63,586 nt of DNA, from the NCBI GenBank assembly GCA_030265395.1, contig JARFYF010000059.1, positions 21,829,398 to 21,892,983 on the forward strand. Direction: 5' to 3'. This DNA is from Rhina ancylostomus. Taxonomy: Eukaryota. The notes below the pieces were generated by a model that had not been told where the DNA came from, did no database searches, and worked only from the letters and a program-made list of their open reading frames with translations. Made by a program: the position numbers and the translations under genes. Within the stretch, counting starts at the first letter, position 1. Every line of letters starts with the position of its first letter. Of the stretch, positions 62,814-63,586 are shown one piece after another.

Positions 62814-63586
62814 TTGAACACATTTAGTTTGAATGTCAATCCATTATTTTGTCTGCCTTTGCTGAGGAGAAATCAGTCTGTAAGCAGGATAAGGGGATTA
62901 TTTGATTGCTACTTCCCCACACAACATGAACATTCCCATAGGAATGCCAGTCTGATGGAATTTACAGCTATGGTCAACTCTAAGATGTGGCTGGTAGGAA
63001 TTTTTAAGTTATTAAAATATCAATGTACAGAATTATGCCATTTTAACAATTTTAGTCATATCTTGTCAAACTTTAACTTTCTTGTAACATTTCATCAACA
63101 AAATACTATTTTTTTAATTAGTAGAAATCAATCATATTGTAATCTTTTTCTTATTTTTAGGACTTACTTTTTTTCAACAGCAAACTTTGTTCTCCTCCAG
63201 TGTCAACATTATCATATCTTAAGATGCAGCCATTCATTTTGACCACATGTGTTTTTCATTTCCTTAACCATATATTTTTTCCCTCTTCTGTGTCTGTATT
63301 AGCCTGCTTCAATTACTATCTCAGCACAGTTCAGGAAGACTGCCTCTGAGACAGAAATGGATCAGTAACTGTGAATCTGGTGTGCTAACAGGAGTCCTGT
63401 TACATGTTTACAGAATGGTGACTCCTTTGCTTTTCACAGGGTCTCGTAATTACCCTTCTAATACAATATATCTTCACTTGTAGATGTTATTTAGAGGTTC
63501 GGTGAGGGTGGTAGTGGTGGGGGTTGTTGGAAAATGTGCATTTACATTGCTGATGTTTTACTGAGTGATTTATTTTATTGGATTAT

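Overview
AT-rich, CpG-depleted eukaryotic DNA from a gapped draft assembly with many N runs. It is not prokaryotic, and I recognise no host protein-coding gene, tRNA/rRNA gene or CRISPR array. Most listed ORFs are chance ORFs, N-run artefacts or transposon debris. The repeat content points to a cartilaginous fish, possibly a ray or sawfish relative (inference from recalled repeat families, not a database hit). It includes CR1/HER1-type LINEs, HE1/V-type tRNA SINEs, Deu-domain SINEs, LF-SINE-like relics, RTE and L2 LINEs and Penelope GIY-YIG elements. The window reads as intron or intergenic DNA layered with mobile-element fossils. The most notable observations are: (i) about six Penelope-derived short repeats carrying decayed minimal hammerhead-ribozyme motifs, two of them as fold-back palindromes; (ii) a head-to-head CR1 junction at ~252 with the geometry of a 5' inversion; (iii) Gypsy integrase, PPT and LTR relics that the ORF track misses; (iv) Harbinger transposase and Myb/SANT relics; (v) two SINEs with a shared head but different tails; (vi) a few candidate small exons. 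Boundaries are read by eye and are approximate. Family names come from remembered motifs.
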